Shown in pieces: positions 48,680 through 60,708 of a DNA stretch of 64,000 nucleotides. Within the stretch, counting starts at the first letter, position 1. Each line of letters starts with the position of its first letter. Source of the DNA: Squalus acanthias (taxonomy: Eukaryota); contig CM059432.1 in assembly GCA_030390025.1 (NCBI GenBank), positions 130,016,001-130,080,000 of the forward strand, written 5' to 3'. The notes under the pieces were generated by a model. That model did no database searches. It saw only the letters and a program-made list of their open reading frames with translations, and had not been told where the DNA came from. The position numbers and the translations under genes are program-made.

Positions 48680-51070
48680 TAATTCGATTCACTCCACATG
48701 ATATCACGAAACGACTGAGTGCACTGGATACAGCAAAGGCTATGTGCCCCGACAACATCCCGGCTATCGTGCTGAAGAGTTGTGCTCCAGAACTAGCCGC
48801 GCCTCAAGCCAAGCTGTTCCAGTACAGCTACAACACTGGCATCTATCCGACAATGTGGAAAACTGCCCAGGTATGTCCTGTCTACAAAAAGCAGGAGAAA
48901 TCCAATCCGGCCAATTACCGCCCCATCAGTCTACTCTCAATCATCAGAAAAGTGATGGAAGGTGTCATCGACAGTGCTATCAAGCGGCACTTATTCACCA
49001 ATAACCTGCTCACTGATGCTCAGTTTGGGTTCCGCCAAGACCACTCGGCTCCCAACCTCATTACAGCCTTGGTCCAAACATGGACAAAGGAGCTGAATTC
49101 CAGAGGTGAGGTGAGAGTGACTGCCCTTGACATCAAGTCAGTATTTGACCAAGTGTGGCATCAAGGAGCCCTAGTAAAACTTAAGTCAATGGGAATCAGG
49201 GGGAAAATGCTCCACTGGCTGGAGTCATACCTAGCACAAAGGAAGATGGTTGTGGTGGATGAAGGTCAATCATCACAGCCCCAGGACATCGCTGCAGGAG
49301 TTCCTCAGGGCAGTGTCCAAGGCCCAACCATCTTCAGCTGCTTCATCAATGACCTTCCCTCCAACGTAAGGTCAGAAATGGGGATGTTCGCTGATGACAA
49401 CTCAGTGTTCAGCGCCATTCACAACTCCTCAGATAATGAAGCAGTCCATGCCCGCATGCAACAAGACCTGGATGACGTTCAGGCTTGGACTGATAAGTGG
49501 CAGTTAACATTTGCGCCACAGAAGTGCCAGGCAATGACTATCTCCAACAAGCAAGAGTCTAACCACCTCCCATTGACATTCAACGGCATTACCATTGCCG
49601 AATACCCCACCATCAACATCCTGGGGGGTCACCATTAACCAGAAACTTAACTGGACCAGCCACATAAATACTGTGGCAACAAGAGCAGGTCAGAGACTAG
49701 GGGGTAAAAATTGAGTCGCGCCCCATTTGGGGCGCTAACCTCGCCGGGGCGCGACTTTTAGCGCCCCGAAAAAATTAGCGGCCCCGCGCCGGAACTTCAG
49801 TGGTTGCGCCCCAAGAGGGAAGCGGGGCGCCACTGGAAGCACCCCGCATCCCTCTTGGGGCGCTGCGAGGGAATATCCTGGCGCTACGTGCCGCAGCGCC
49901 ACGCGCTGTGGCACGTCGCGCCGCGGTATTGCAGGCCTTCCTCCCCTTCTTAAAGGGGAGGGACCCTGCGCAGCGCGAACCGGGGCCCAGCTGGGCTCCC
50001 AGGGATCGGGAGTGCCGGCAAAAGAGCCCGGCACTCAAGAGAAGTGCCGGGCTCTTGGAGCGCAGCCGGCACTTCACGGTGGGGGGGCTTCACGGGGGCC
50101 GGGGACAGCAACGGGGGCAGGTGCTGGCAGGCGGCCAGCAACAAAAATGGCCGCCTGCCACCTCCCCTTTAAATATCGCCGCCCCGGCCGCACGTACGCC
50201 TACCTGAACCCGTCGGACATAGCGTCTGGCGGTAAATCAGGGGGCGCGACTGAAGATCGCGGCTGGAGCGCGAGCGGGGTGCTGCGCACGGCGATGACAT
50301 CATCACCGGCGGCGCAGCGCCACAGGGCGCTACCGGCTGGCGCCGCCGCTAACCTCCCGCTGAATTTTACGGGAGGCGTGGGCGGCGCTGCGCCCGGGCG
50401 TTAGCTGCTTTACGCCCCATTAGCGCCCTCTTAAGGCGCTAACGGGAGGCGCAAGCAGCTGAATTTTTCCCCCTAGGTATTCTGCGGCAAGTATCTCACC
50501 TCCTGACTCACCAAAGCCTTTCCACCATCTACAAGGCACAAGTAAGAAGTGTGATGGAATACTCTCCACTTGCCTGGATGAGTGCAGCTCCAACAGCACT
50601 CAAGAAGCTCGACACCATCCAGGACAAAGCAGCCTGCTTGATTGGCACCCCATCCACCACCTTAAACATGCATTCCTTCCACCACCAGCGTACCGTGGCT
50701 GCAGTGTGTACCATCTACAAGATGCACTGCAGCAACTCACCAAGGCTTCTTCGGCAGCACCTCCCAAACCCGCGACCTCTTCCACCTAGAAGGACAAGGG
50801 CAGCAGGTGCATGGGAACACCACCGCCTCCAAGTTCCCCTCCAAGTCACACACCATCCTGACTTAAAAGTATATCACTGATCATTCATCGTCGCTGGGTC
50901 AAAATCCTGGAACTCCCTACCTAACAACACTGTGGGAGTACCTTCACCACACGGACTGCAGCGGTTCAAGAAGGCGGCTCACCACCACCTTCTCAAGGGC
51001 AACTAGAGATTGGCAATAAATGCTGGCCTTGCCAGCGTCTCCCATGTCCCATAAGCAAATTAAAAAAAAA
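48680..51070 (+). mobile_element. Family-B LINE, 5'-truncated, RT domain, poly(A) end
   Basis: Motifs NYRPISLLS, QFGFRQDHS, ALDIKSVFDQVWH, GVPQGSVQGP and FADD; ends in a poly(A) run at 51062-51070. Confidence 0.92.
49701..50473. mobile_element. 773-bp Harbinger MITE of the 42428/60415 family
   Basis: TIRs GGGGTAAAAATT / AATTTTTCCCCC with a perfect TAG TSD. CpG-rich, and both subterminal regions match the ends of 42428-45644. Confidence 0.93.
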
Positions 51071-52500
51071 TTGTAGCACTCCTCAGATTCGTTTGATGGC
51101 CTCCTCAATGGCATATGCGGATAGCCCTTGTCTCCAAGTAGCCATCCGGAAAGATGGGTTGGCGGATTGAAGAGCTGAGGCACACTAGACAGCCGCAGGA
51201 TGAATGAGTCATGACAACTGCCAGGGAACTTGGCGCAAACATGCATAATGTTCTTCCTGTGGTTACACACCAGCTGGACGTTAAGGGAGTGGAAGCACTT
51301 GCGGTTCACAAATACAGCTGGGTTGTGATGGGGTGCCCTAATGGCCACATGTGTGCAGTCTACGACGCCTTGCACCCTTGGCAAGCCTGCCATATTTGCA
51401 AAGCCAATCGCACGGGCGGTTACACTTGCTTCATCCGTGGAGAAGTGGCTGTAATTGTGCACCTTTGCAAAGAGGGCATCGGTAACCTGCGTGATGCAAG
51501 TGTGTGTGGCCGACTGGGAGATGCCGTTGATGTCTGCTGATGATCCCTGGAAGGACCCTGAAGCAAAAAAATTGAGTGCAGTGGTGACTTTGACAGCCAC
51601 TGGTAAGGAGTGTGCACCTGCTCCTCTGGGCTGCAGGTCTTGGTGCAGCATTGTGCAGATGTCAGCGACTACCTCTCGCGAAAGTCTCAGCCTCTTTTGG
51701 CACTGCTGCTCAGTCATGTTGAGGAAGCTTATCCTCTGCTTGTAAACCCTGTGTTGGGGGTATCTCCTGCGGCGAGGTGCAGCCCTGCGCTGACGCCGTC
51801 TGCCCTGTGCAGCATCAGGTGGCTGAGGAGAAGGTTGGCACTCCTGTTGTTGCTGCTGCTGGTTTGCCCGGTTCTGCTGCTGCCGCGGCTGCTCTTCCTC
51901 CGATTCTGAGGACCAGGATGAGAGGGTATAAATGGTTCCCATTCCGCTGGTATATATCTCAGTTGAGGAATAGATGTTATAAGCGCTCAGGCAATGTGGG
52001 GAAAGGGTTTTCCAAGGAGGTCACACTGCATATGGATCTCAGCTTAACCACTTACAAGCTCAATAGACCTGCAAGATGTGTTCAAAAACCTCAAAAAACA
52101 AGGTTCTGACATCTGAAAGTCAGTCATGTTACAGGTCCGCTTTTATGCTGCAGGTGCAGCTGTCAAGAATTCGCGTAGTTGCTGAACCAGCAACAATCAG
52201 CTGGCGTGTTTGGCGAACGGCATGGAACACGCTGAAAATGTCCTAAAATGGGGAGAGCCTGCTAAAATCGGATTATGTAGGTAGTTAACAAGCTGTTAAC
52301 TGCCTTAAGGGCCTCTCCCACCGCTTGGTGGCGGGTCTGATTGAGATTCCCAGAGCCGGCACTTGGCAAAGTTGTGTGGAGGCAGGTTCAGAACCCGCCG
52401 TCAATCAAAATGAATTTAACCTCTGACCCGCCTCCAAACCTGCCCTCTGAGCGCCAGCAAAATCACGGCCTATGACTCTATGGGGGCGATTTTCCCAAGG

Positions 52501-54401
52501 AAATAAGAAAATAAGAACATAAGAAATAGGAGCAGGAATAGGCCACTTAGCCCCTCGAGCCTGCTCCGCCATTCAATAAAATCATGGCTGATCTTGGGCT
52601 CAAAGCCACTTCCCCGCCCGCTCCCCATAACCCTTCACTCCCTTATCCTGCAAAAATTTGTCTATCTCCACCTTAAATGTATTTAATGACCCAGCCTCCA
52701 CAGCTCTCTGGGGCAGAGAATTCCACAGATTTACGACCCTCTGAGAGAAGAAATTCCTCCTCATCTCAGTTCTAAAAGGGCGACCCTTTATTCTAAAACT
52801 GTGCCCCCACGTTCTAGATTTCCCCATGAGGGGAAACAGCCTCTCTGCATCTACCTTGTCATGCCCCCTCAGCATCTTATATGTTTCAATAAGATCGCCT
52901 CGCATTCTTCTAATTTCCAATGAGTATAGGCCCAGCCTGCTCAAACTTTCCTCATAAGTCAACCCCCTCATCTCTGGAATTAACCTAGTGAATCGTCTCT
53001 GAACTGCTCCAATGCAAGTATATCCTTCCTTAAATAAGGAGACCAAAACTGTACGCAGTACTCAAGGTGTGGTCTCACCAATACCTTGTACAGTTGTAGT
53101 AGGACTTCCCTGCTTTTATACTCCAACCCCCTTGAAATAAAGGCCATCATTCCATTTGCCTTTTTGATTACTTGCTGTACCTGCATGCTAACCTTTTGTG
53201 TTTCATGCACAAGGACCCCCAGGTCCCTCTGAACTGTAGCATTTTGTAATCTCTCTCCATTTAAATAATAATTTGCTTTTTTATTTTTCCTGCCAAAGTG
53301 GATAACCTCGCACTTTCCCACATTATACTCCATCTGCCAAATGTTTGCCCACTCACCTAGCCTGTCTATATCCCTTTGCAGATTCTTTGAGTCCTCTGCA
53401 CAACTTGCTTTCCCACCCATCTTTGTATCATCCGCAAACTTGGCTACATTATACTCGGTCCCTTCATCCAAGTCATTAATGTAGATTGTAAATAGTTGAG
53501 GCCCCAGCACCGATCCCTGTGGCACCCCACTAGTTACCGTTTGCCAACCGGAAAATGACCCATTTATCCCGACTCTCTGCTTTCTGTTAGTTAGCCAATT
53601 CTCTATCCATGCTAATATATTACCCCCAATTCCGTGAGCTCTTATCTTATGCAGTAACCTTTTATGTGGCACCTTATCGAATGCCTTCTGGAAATCTAAA
53701 TACACTACATCCACTGGTTTACCTTTGTCCACCCTGCTCGTTACCTCCTCAAAGAACTCCAGCAAGTTTGTTAAACATGATTTCCCTTTCATAAAACCAT
53801 GCTGACTCTGCTTGACTGCATTATGATTTTCCAAATGCCCTGTTACTGCTTCCTTAATGAAGGACTCCAGCATTTTCCCAACGACAGATGTTAGGCTAAC
53901 TGGTCTATAGTTTCCTGCTTTCTGTCTCCCTCCTTTCTTAAATAGGGGTGTTACATTAACGGTTTTCCAATCCTCTGGGACCTCTCAAGAGTCCAGGGAA
54001 TTTTGGTATATTGCAACCAATGCATCCACTATCTCTGCAGCCACTTCTTTTAAGACCCTGGTATGCAGGCTATCTGGTCCAGGGGACTTGTCATCTTTTA
54101 GTCCCATTATTTTACTATTTCCTTAGTGATAGTGATTGTCTTTAGGTCCCCCCTCCCTGTGGCCCCTTGATTATCCATTATTGGGATGTTGTTAATGTCT
54201 TCTACTGTGAAGACAGGATACAAAATATTTGTTCAGAGTCTCTGCCATTTCCCTGTTCCCCATTATTAATTCCCCAGTCTCATTCTCTAAGGGACCAATG
54301 TTTATTTTAGCTACCCTCTTCCTTTTTATATACCTGTAGAAGCTCTTACTATCTGTTTTAATGTTTCTTGCCAGTTTACTCTCATAATTCATCTTCTCTC
54401 T
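52501..54401 (-). mobile_element. Young CR1 LINE, 5'-truncated, RT nearly intact
   Basis: ORFs 52980-53873 and 52600-53046 carry [24 protein letters not shown] and KFADD, with a (TTCTTAT)n tail. Confidence 0.95.
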
Positions 54402-54725
54402 CTGGGAGGAAGAGGCCTCCCAAAGAAACCAAGGCTGTGTGGGTCCAGCTGGCAAGGGATATAACCTCCAGATCTGTGTGCAGATTGGGAGATTGTTTCT
54501 GTTTATTGATCAAATGCCATCCCTGTGGGAATGTATTAAAATTAGGTGATGGCAAACTGTTGGCGTGATGGCATCTGTTATTTTGGCTCAGGCAGCTCCA
54601 CATTGCAAGCTCCGCGACACTTGCGTGGTCAGGTTGGTGGTCAGAGTGAAAGGAGGCCAGAGAGTCATGTCCATTGTCTATCATGTGTTAAAAAGGAGCC
54701 AAGCACATGTGCCACAATGGGCAAC

Positions 54726-54932
54726 CTATGCAAATCTGGCCAGGATGAGTGCATTACTTGCACGACGTGCTTCCATGCGCTCACGTCTTCTGCCCTGTGC
54801 AGCATCAGGTGGGTGAGCAGGAGGTTGGGGCTCCTGCTGCTGTTGCTGCTGAGCTGCCTGGTTCTGCTGCTGCCGTGGCTGCTCCTCATCCGAATCTGAG
54901 GTCCAAGGTGAAAGGAAATGAATGGTTCCCAT
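54726..54932 (-). pseudogene. 68-aa in-frame fusion of transposase N- and C-termini
   Basis: [23 protein letters not shown]...[27 protein letters not shown]. Confidence 0.75.
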
Positions 54933-56035
54933 GCTGCTGGCAGATACCTCGGTTGACGAAGTGCTCAGTCCAAGCCGGGAGAGGGTCTTCCAAGGAGGTC
55001 CCACAGCTGAGAGATAGAAGCTGCAGCACCTCCGACTTCGATAGGCCTGCTAAAAGTGCTGAAAGACCTTTGGAACAAAAGTTCTGCCACCTGCAACTGC
55101 TCCCTTATGAAAGTGCCATTTTAATGGTGGAGCTGCAGCTGTGAGGAGGCCACCCACTTGTCAACCGGCCAGGATTAGCTGGCGTGGTTTAGGAGGGTCG
55201 TGCAACATGCTGAAAATGTGGTAAAATAACGAAGGCCTGTCAAAATAGGATTATAGAGGCCCTTAACTACTATTTAAGGGTCTTAACTACCTCTCCCGAC
55301 TGATGGAGGCGGGACCGAATCACACCCATCAAACCCGCCTCCAGCAAAATTTCGCGGAGGCAGGTTGGAGGCGGGTTCTGAACCCGCCCTCAGTTTTTGC
55401 CATTTTGCCAACTGGCCCGCCTCCAAACCCGCCCCCTCGGGTCTGGGAATATCGCCCCCGAAGACTGACTCCTCTTCTTATATTGCCATTTAAGGGTATG
55501 TTGTGCAAAACATGTCTGTTTTAATTAAAATGGCCAGGAACAGTCTGTGCTAAACATTTGGGTGTGATGGTTATTACAGTACAATGGCCTAGAAATTGTT
55601 GTGTTCATTTTTTGGACATAAAATGGGGTCAAAAATTACCAATTCCGCGGGGCTACCCCCCCTTCACCCCCACCCCAAGGACTCGTGAAATACGTCCATA
55701 TTGGCCTCGGATGATATTCAGGCAGCCGTCTTATACAAAATTGGTCAGTGCTGAGATTGGTGTATGTAGGAAAAGAAGATATACACTGATGATATCGGTC
55801 TTTAGTGTCCAAATCAATATTTTGAAAAATACTGGAATCAAGTCAACTCTCTGTGGCAGTATTACTATTCCAATACCTAACACAAACAGGTCCACTGCAC
55901 TCCAGGGCATTGTTGTTGATTGACCAGCCAGCCTGGCTTTGTAATGGGACCTTGAGGGTAGACCTGTCACTGGCGGCTAGGATTCTTCTCACTCAGCCCT
56001 GCACTCAACCCTGCAAGCCAATGGTCTAGCAGAAT

Positions 56036-58777
56036 GGGGGCAATTTTGCCAGCCCTGGGGAGGCGGGTATGGAGGTGGGACTGCCGGGAAAATGGCAGAA
56101 TTTGGGGGCGGGTGCCAAACCCGTTCCCAACCCGCCTCTATGCCATCTTCCCAGGAGGCGGGTTGCCGTCCCGCGTCGGGTCCCATTTCCTTGGAGGTGG
56201 GAAGGGATTAAAGCCTATTAACTGCCTGTTAACAGGTAAATAACAGGCAGAAAATAGGATTATTCCCTTTTTGCCCTCACAAGTGTGGGCTTCCCGAAGG
56301 CTCCAAAACCCGCCAGCTCAGCGAGGCGAGTACTGGGTCTGCGGGGGTCGGGGGGGGTGCAAAAGTGTGGTGTCAAGATAAGTGATGGGTGCAAGAGTGT
56401 AGAGGTGAGTATCTGAGGTAAGTCCTAAGTGTTTTTAAAAGTGTACTTATCTTTGTTTCTTCCTGCAGGCTTCACTCGGTTTAAGAACATAAGTACATAA
56501 AAAATAGGAGCAGGAGTAGGCCATTCGGCCCTTCGAGCCTGCTCCGCCATTCAATGAGATCATGGCTGATCTTCTGCCTCAACTCCATTCACCGGCCCTA
56601 TCGCCATATCCCTTGATGCCCTTACTAGTCAGAAATCTATCAACTTCTGTTTTGAATATACCCAATGACTGAGCCTCCACAGCCCTCTGGGGTAGAGAAT
56701 CCCAAAGATTCACCACCCTCTGTGTAAAGAAATTTCTTCTCATCTCAGTCCTGAATGGCCTACCCTTTATCCTGAGGCTGTGGCCCCTGGTTCTAGACTC
56801 CCCAGCCAAGGGAAACATTCTCCCAGCATCCACCCTATCAAGCCCGGTAATAATTTTGTATGCTTTAATGAGATCCCCTCTCATTCTTCTGAATTCAAGA
56901 GAATACAGGCCTAGTTTACTCAATCTCTTCTCATACGACAGTCCCGCCATCCCAGGAATCAATCTCATGAACCTTCGTTGCACTCCCTCTATGGCAAGTA
57001 TATCCTTCCTTAGGTAAGGAGACCAAAAATGTACACAGTACTCCAGGTGTGGCCTCACAAGGCCCTATATAATTGGAGTAAGACTTCTTTACTCCTGTAC
57101 TCAAATCCTCTTGTAATGAAGGCCAGCATATCACTTGCCTTCCTAATGGCTTGCTGCACCTGCACATTCACTTTCAGTGACTCATGTACAAAGACACCCA
57201 GGTCCCTTTGAGCATCTGCATTCCCCAATCTTTCACCATTTAGGAAATACTCTGCCTTTCTGTTTTTTCTACCAAAGTGGATAACTTCACATTTATCCAC
57301 ATTATATTCCATCTGCCATGTTCTCGCCCACTCACTGAGCCTGTTGAGATCCCCTTGAAGCCTTTTCACATCCTCTTCACAAATGACACTGCCACCTAGC
57401 TTTGTCTCATCAGCAAATTTGGAAATGTTACATTTAGTCCCTCATCCAAATCATTGATATAGATTGTGAATAGCTGGGGCCCAAGCACCGATCCTTGCGG
57501 TACCCCACTAGTCACAGCCTGCCATCCTGAAAAAGACCCATTTATCCCTACTCTTTGTTTTCTGTCTGTTAACCAATTCTCAATCCATGTTAGTATATTA
57601 CCCCCAATTCCAAATGCCCTAATTTTGTTCACCAACCTCTTGTGTGGGACCTTATCGAAGGCCTTCTGAAAATCCAGATACACCACATCTACCAGTTCCC
57701 CTTTGTCTACTCCACTAGTTACATCCTCAAAGAACTCCAATAGGTTTGTCAAACAGGATTTCCCTTTCATAAATCCATGTTGACTCTGCCCAATCCTACT
57801 ATTAGTTTCTAAGTGCCCAGTTATTGCATCCTTTATAATACATTCCAGCATTTTCCCAACTACTGATATGAGACTAACAGGTCTGTAGTTCCCCGTTTTC
57901 TCTCTCCCTCCTTTCTTAAATAGCGGGGTTACATTTGCTATCCTCCAATCTGCAGGAACCATTCCAGAATCTATAGAATTTTGGAAGATGACAACCAATG
58001 CGTCCACTATCCCAATGACCACCTCTTTAAAAACCCTAGGATGTCCGTCATCCAGTCCTTGAGATTTATTGACTTTTAGTCCCATTAATTTTGCTAGTAC
58101 TGTTTTTTTTACTAATAATCATTTCTTTAAGTTCCTCATTCTCGCCACACCCTTGGTTTTCTCGTATTTCTGGGAGGTTTTTTGTGTCTTCCTCCGTGAA
58201 GACAGAAACAAAGTATTTATTTAATTTCTCAGCCATTTCCTCATTCCCCATTATAAATTCTCCCGTCTCTGACTGTAAAGGACCTACATTTACCTTCGCC
58301 AGTCTTTTCCTTTTCACATACCTATAGAAGCTTTTACAATTCGTTTTTTATATTTTTCGCTAGTTTGTGCTCATATTCCATGCAGAGAGTCTCGCACCTC
58401 TGTGCTGCAGATGAGAGATGGCCGTTGCATTCTCAGATGCAACAAACATCTCATTTCTGTAAAAGAAAGAAGGTTGATGAGATCTTGTATGCAAGACCTC
58501 ATCAAACTGCAGAGATTGTCACTGTTTGACAGCTTCACAGAGCTGTCAAACGATGACAATTCATCTGTCAAAAATTTTTGACAGATGAAACACCATACGT
58601 TGACGTGCTCTGCAACTGGCTTTCCCTTAATTGGCCTGCTAAGCCCGCTGGGCAGGCTTAACAAGGTCAATCAAGAGAAAATAGTGTGGGTTGGCCACAA
58701 ATCGATGGAGGCGGGACATCGACCCTGCCGAGCAGCAGTCCCGCCTCCAACGCGCCCCCATTCACAGAATCGCCCCC
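56036..58777. mobile_element. Harbinger-type non-autonomous element with a nested CR1
   Basis: Ends GGGGGCAATTTTG / CAGAATCGCCCCC. The right part resembles 7440-7593. Confidence 0.65.
56484..58372 (-). mobile_element. CR1 LINE, 5'-truncated, frameshifted RT
   Basis: Successive ORFs 58066-58317, 57396-58085, 57055-57369 and 56579-57058 carry CR1 ORF2 motifs. Confidence 0.95.
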
Positions 58778-58851
58778 ATAGTCTCAGGAAGTTTACCAGT
58801 ACTCTCTGCTGGCAAGCTGCCCAGTTTTAAATAGTTAAACCTAAACAGTAT

Positions 58852-60153
58852 GGGCTAAAAATGCGTGATCTTACCGCCGGCCGTTACCGCCCGATTCGGG
58901 GGGAAAATGACGTCCGCTGCACTTTCGCCTGCTGTCGGCGGGTCCTGTGGCAGCCGCCATTTTTGGCAGGTCAGCAGTGCTGCCATTGCCTGCGCTCGCC
59001 GAAAGTACTGTAATAAGTGGGAGCGTGACGTCAATCGCTGTGCAATGCCAAGTTGATGCCCGCTCATCCAGTTTGGATATCGCCGCTCCTCTTGCTGCCC
59101 TCTCTAAAGCACGTCCGTGCGTGCAGCCGCTAAAAACGCTTCAGCAGAATAATAGCTATGAGGACGCTTCAACTGTCAAATGTAAGACAGCCAGGATTGG
59201 CAGGACTTGGCAGGACTTGGTAGAATTTAGACGAAGATGGAGGCTGACAAGTGGAAAACACCACAGATGGATAGCGGAACTTCAAATGCCTCCTTTGCCA
59301 AGGTTCTTCTTTTATACTTTCATTTTTTGCCCATCAGTGGGGTGGGGTTGGCGGGGGGGTTGACGCATTTTCTGGCAGCTTTCCGGGAGGCCTACAGTGC
59401 TTGTGGGCCAGTAAATCAATGGGTGAAACCTTGTGGAACAAGCTTTTACTTCAGAACTGAACACCTGTACAAAATTGCAAATCCCTCGGCGGATTCCCAG
59501 CAAATAAAAAGAAACAAATTCCGAAAGAGCATCAGATTGCCGAGAACTCCATTGCAACATTTGAAGAGCATTTCTGATAAACGATCACTTTTATCTTTAT
59601 GATAACGTCACCAGAACGTCACCCCCCCCCCCCTAGTAAATCTGGACTCAACTGCTTAAGATTTTAAGGAATTATAATTAATTTATTCAAAATTCCATAA
59701 CCAATTATTTATCAAATAATTATTTTGTGTCGAGTATGCAAGACCCACTAAAAGCTGCCACGATTACTACACATTTACGCACTTTCAAGAGTAACCATTG
59801 GGGAAAGATTTGTGTTACAGAGAACGCAGATGCATTCGTTTTATGAACTATTAATAGATCAACAAACATAGTTAATAATCGGGTGGCAGGTAATAGTGTT
59901 GTAGCAAGTACGGCAACTGTTGCGTACATGGCCGACAGGTTCGCTCTTTTCTTTCCCCGTTCTCCTTCACTGCAAGCGGGACACAGACGCGACCGTCGGC
60001 CTCCTGCTGAGCTTAGCCCTGGAAAGAGCGCGTTAACACCACAAAATCAACGCTCCGCTGATGTTAATTAGCAGGCAGCACCAAAACACCGGTGCTGCCT
60101 ACGTTTTCTCGGCGGGCAGCCGGTAAGCCTTGGCGTACTGTAATTTTTAGCCC
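58852..60153. mobile_element. 1.3-kb non-coding Harbinger-type element
   Basis: Perfect TIR GGGCTAAAAAT / ATTTTTAGCCC and a perfect TAT TSD. Confidence 0.8.
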
Positions 60154-60708
60154 TATCTCCGTCCACTTTAGAGGTTTATATGAGCTACTGTATGTTAAAA
60201 GGAAGATTAAGCCTCCTACAAATTAGGAATCTTGTAGATATTTGGAGCTAATCCTAATATCAGTTCTTATATACTCATAGGATTATGGAATTTGTTTATA
60301 TGAACTAATAAGACATGGTAAATAATGCCAAATTCTTTAAGAATGTTTGGATGTTATATTTATTATCACTAAGAAATAGACTGTGCAGATCAAGAAAACT
60401 ACAACAACAACTTAGGGGGAAAAATTATCGCCACTGATTGGAAACTTCACTTTTAACGCCCCGGGAGGTGAGTGGAGCGCTAAATCAGGCGCTGCACACC
60501 TGTCTTAAGGCGCAAAGGCCGAGGAGTGAGGTGCTAACTCAGAGCGCGAGCGCAGCGTAGGTGCTGCCAGTTAGCGAGGGAACACAGACACACTGGCGCC
60601 GGCCACTTCTTAAAGGGGGGGGGCGATCTTGCTCCCCAGCCACACCCTGCTCATTGCAGCCTTGAATCTCAGCCTGGAGAGACCTGTGAATCCATTTTCC
60701 AGCCAAGG

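Larger units (their letters stand above)
48374..51942 (-). pseudogene. HARBI1-like DDE transposase interrupted by a LINE (48680-51070)
   Basis: [16 protein letters not shown] and ECYN|ASHIPTRAIIEQTIGLLK across the LINE; ends DALIHARFA*. Confidence 0.92.
45916..52470. mobile_element. Full-layout Harbinger with a nested LINE and MITE
   Basis: TIRs GGCCGGGATTTT / AAAATCACGGCC with a TAT TSD, inside the (TATGACTC)n CR1 tail. Confidence 0.93.
52482..55459. mobile_element. Harbinger deletion derivative with a nested CR1
   Basis: 16-bp TIRs GGGGGCGATTTTCCCA / TGGGAATATCGCCCCC, a SANT remnant at 54402-54483 (GRKRPPKETKAVWVQLA) and a transposase stub at 54932-54726. Confidence 0.85.

Noticed and set aside
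50944..51070. C-terminus of the 332-aa ORF as a novel transposase tail
   Set aside because: It is read-through into the antisense 3' end of the inserted LINE. The true continuation is at 48679.
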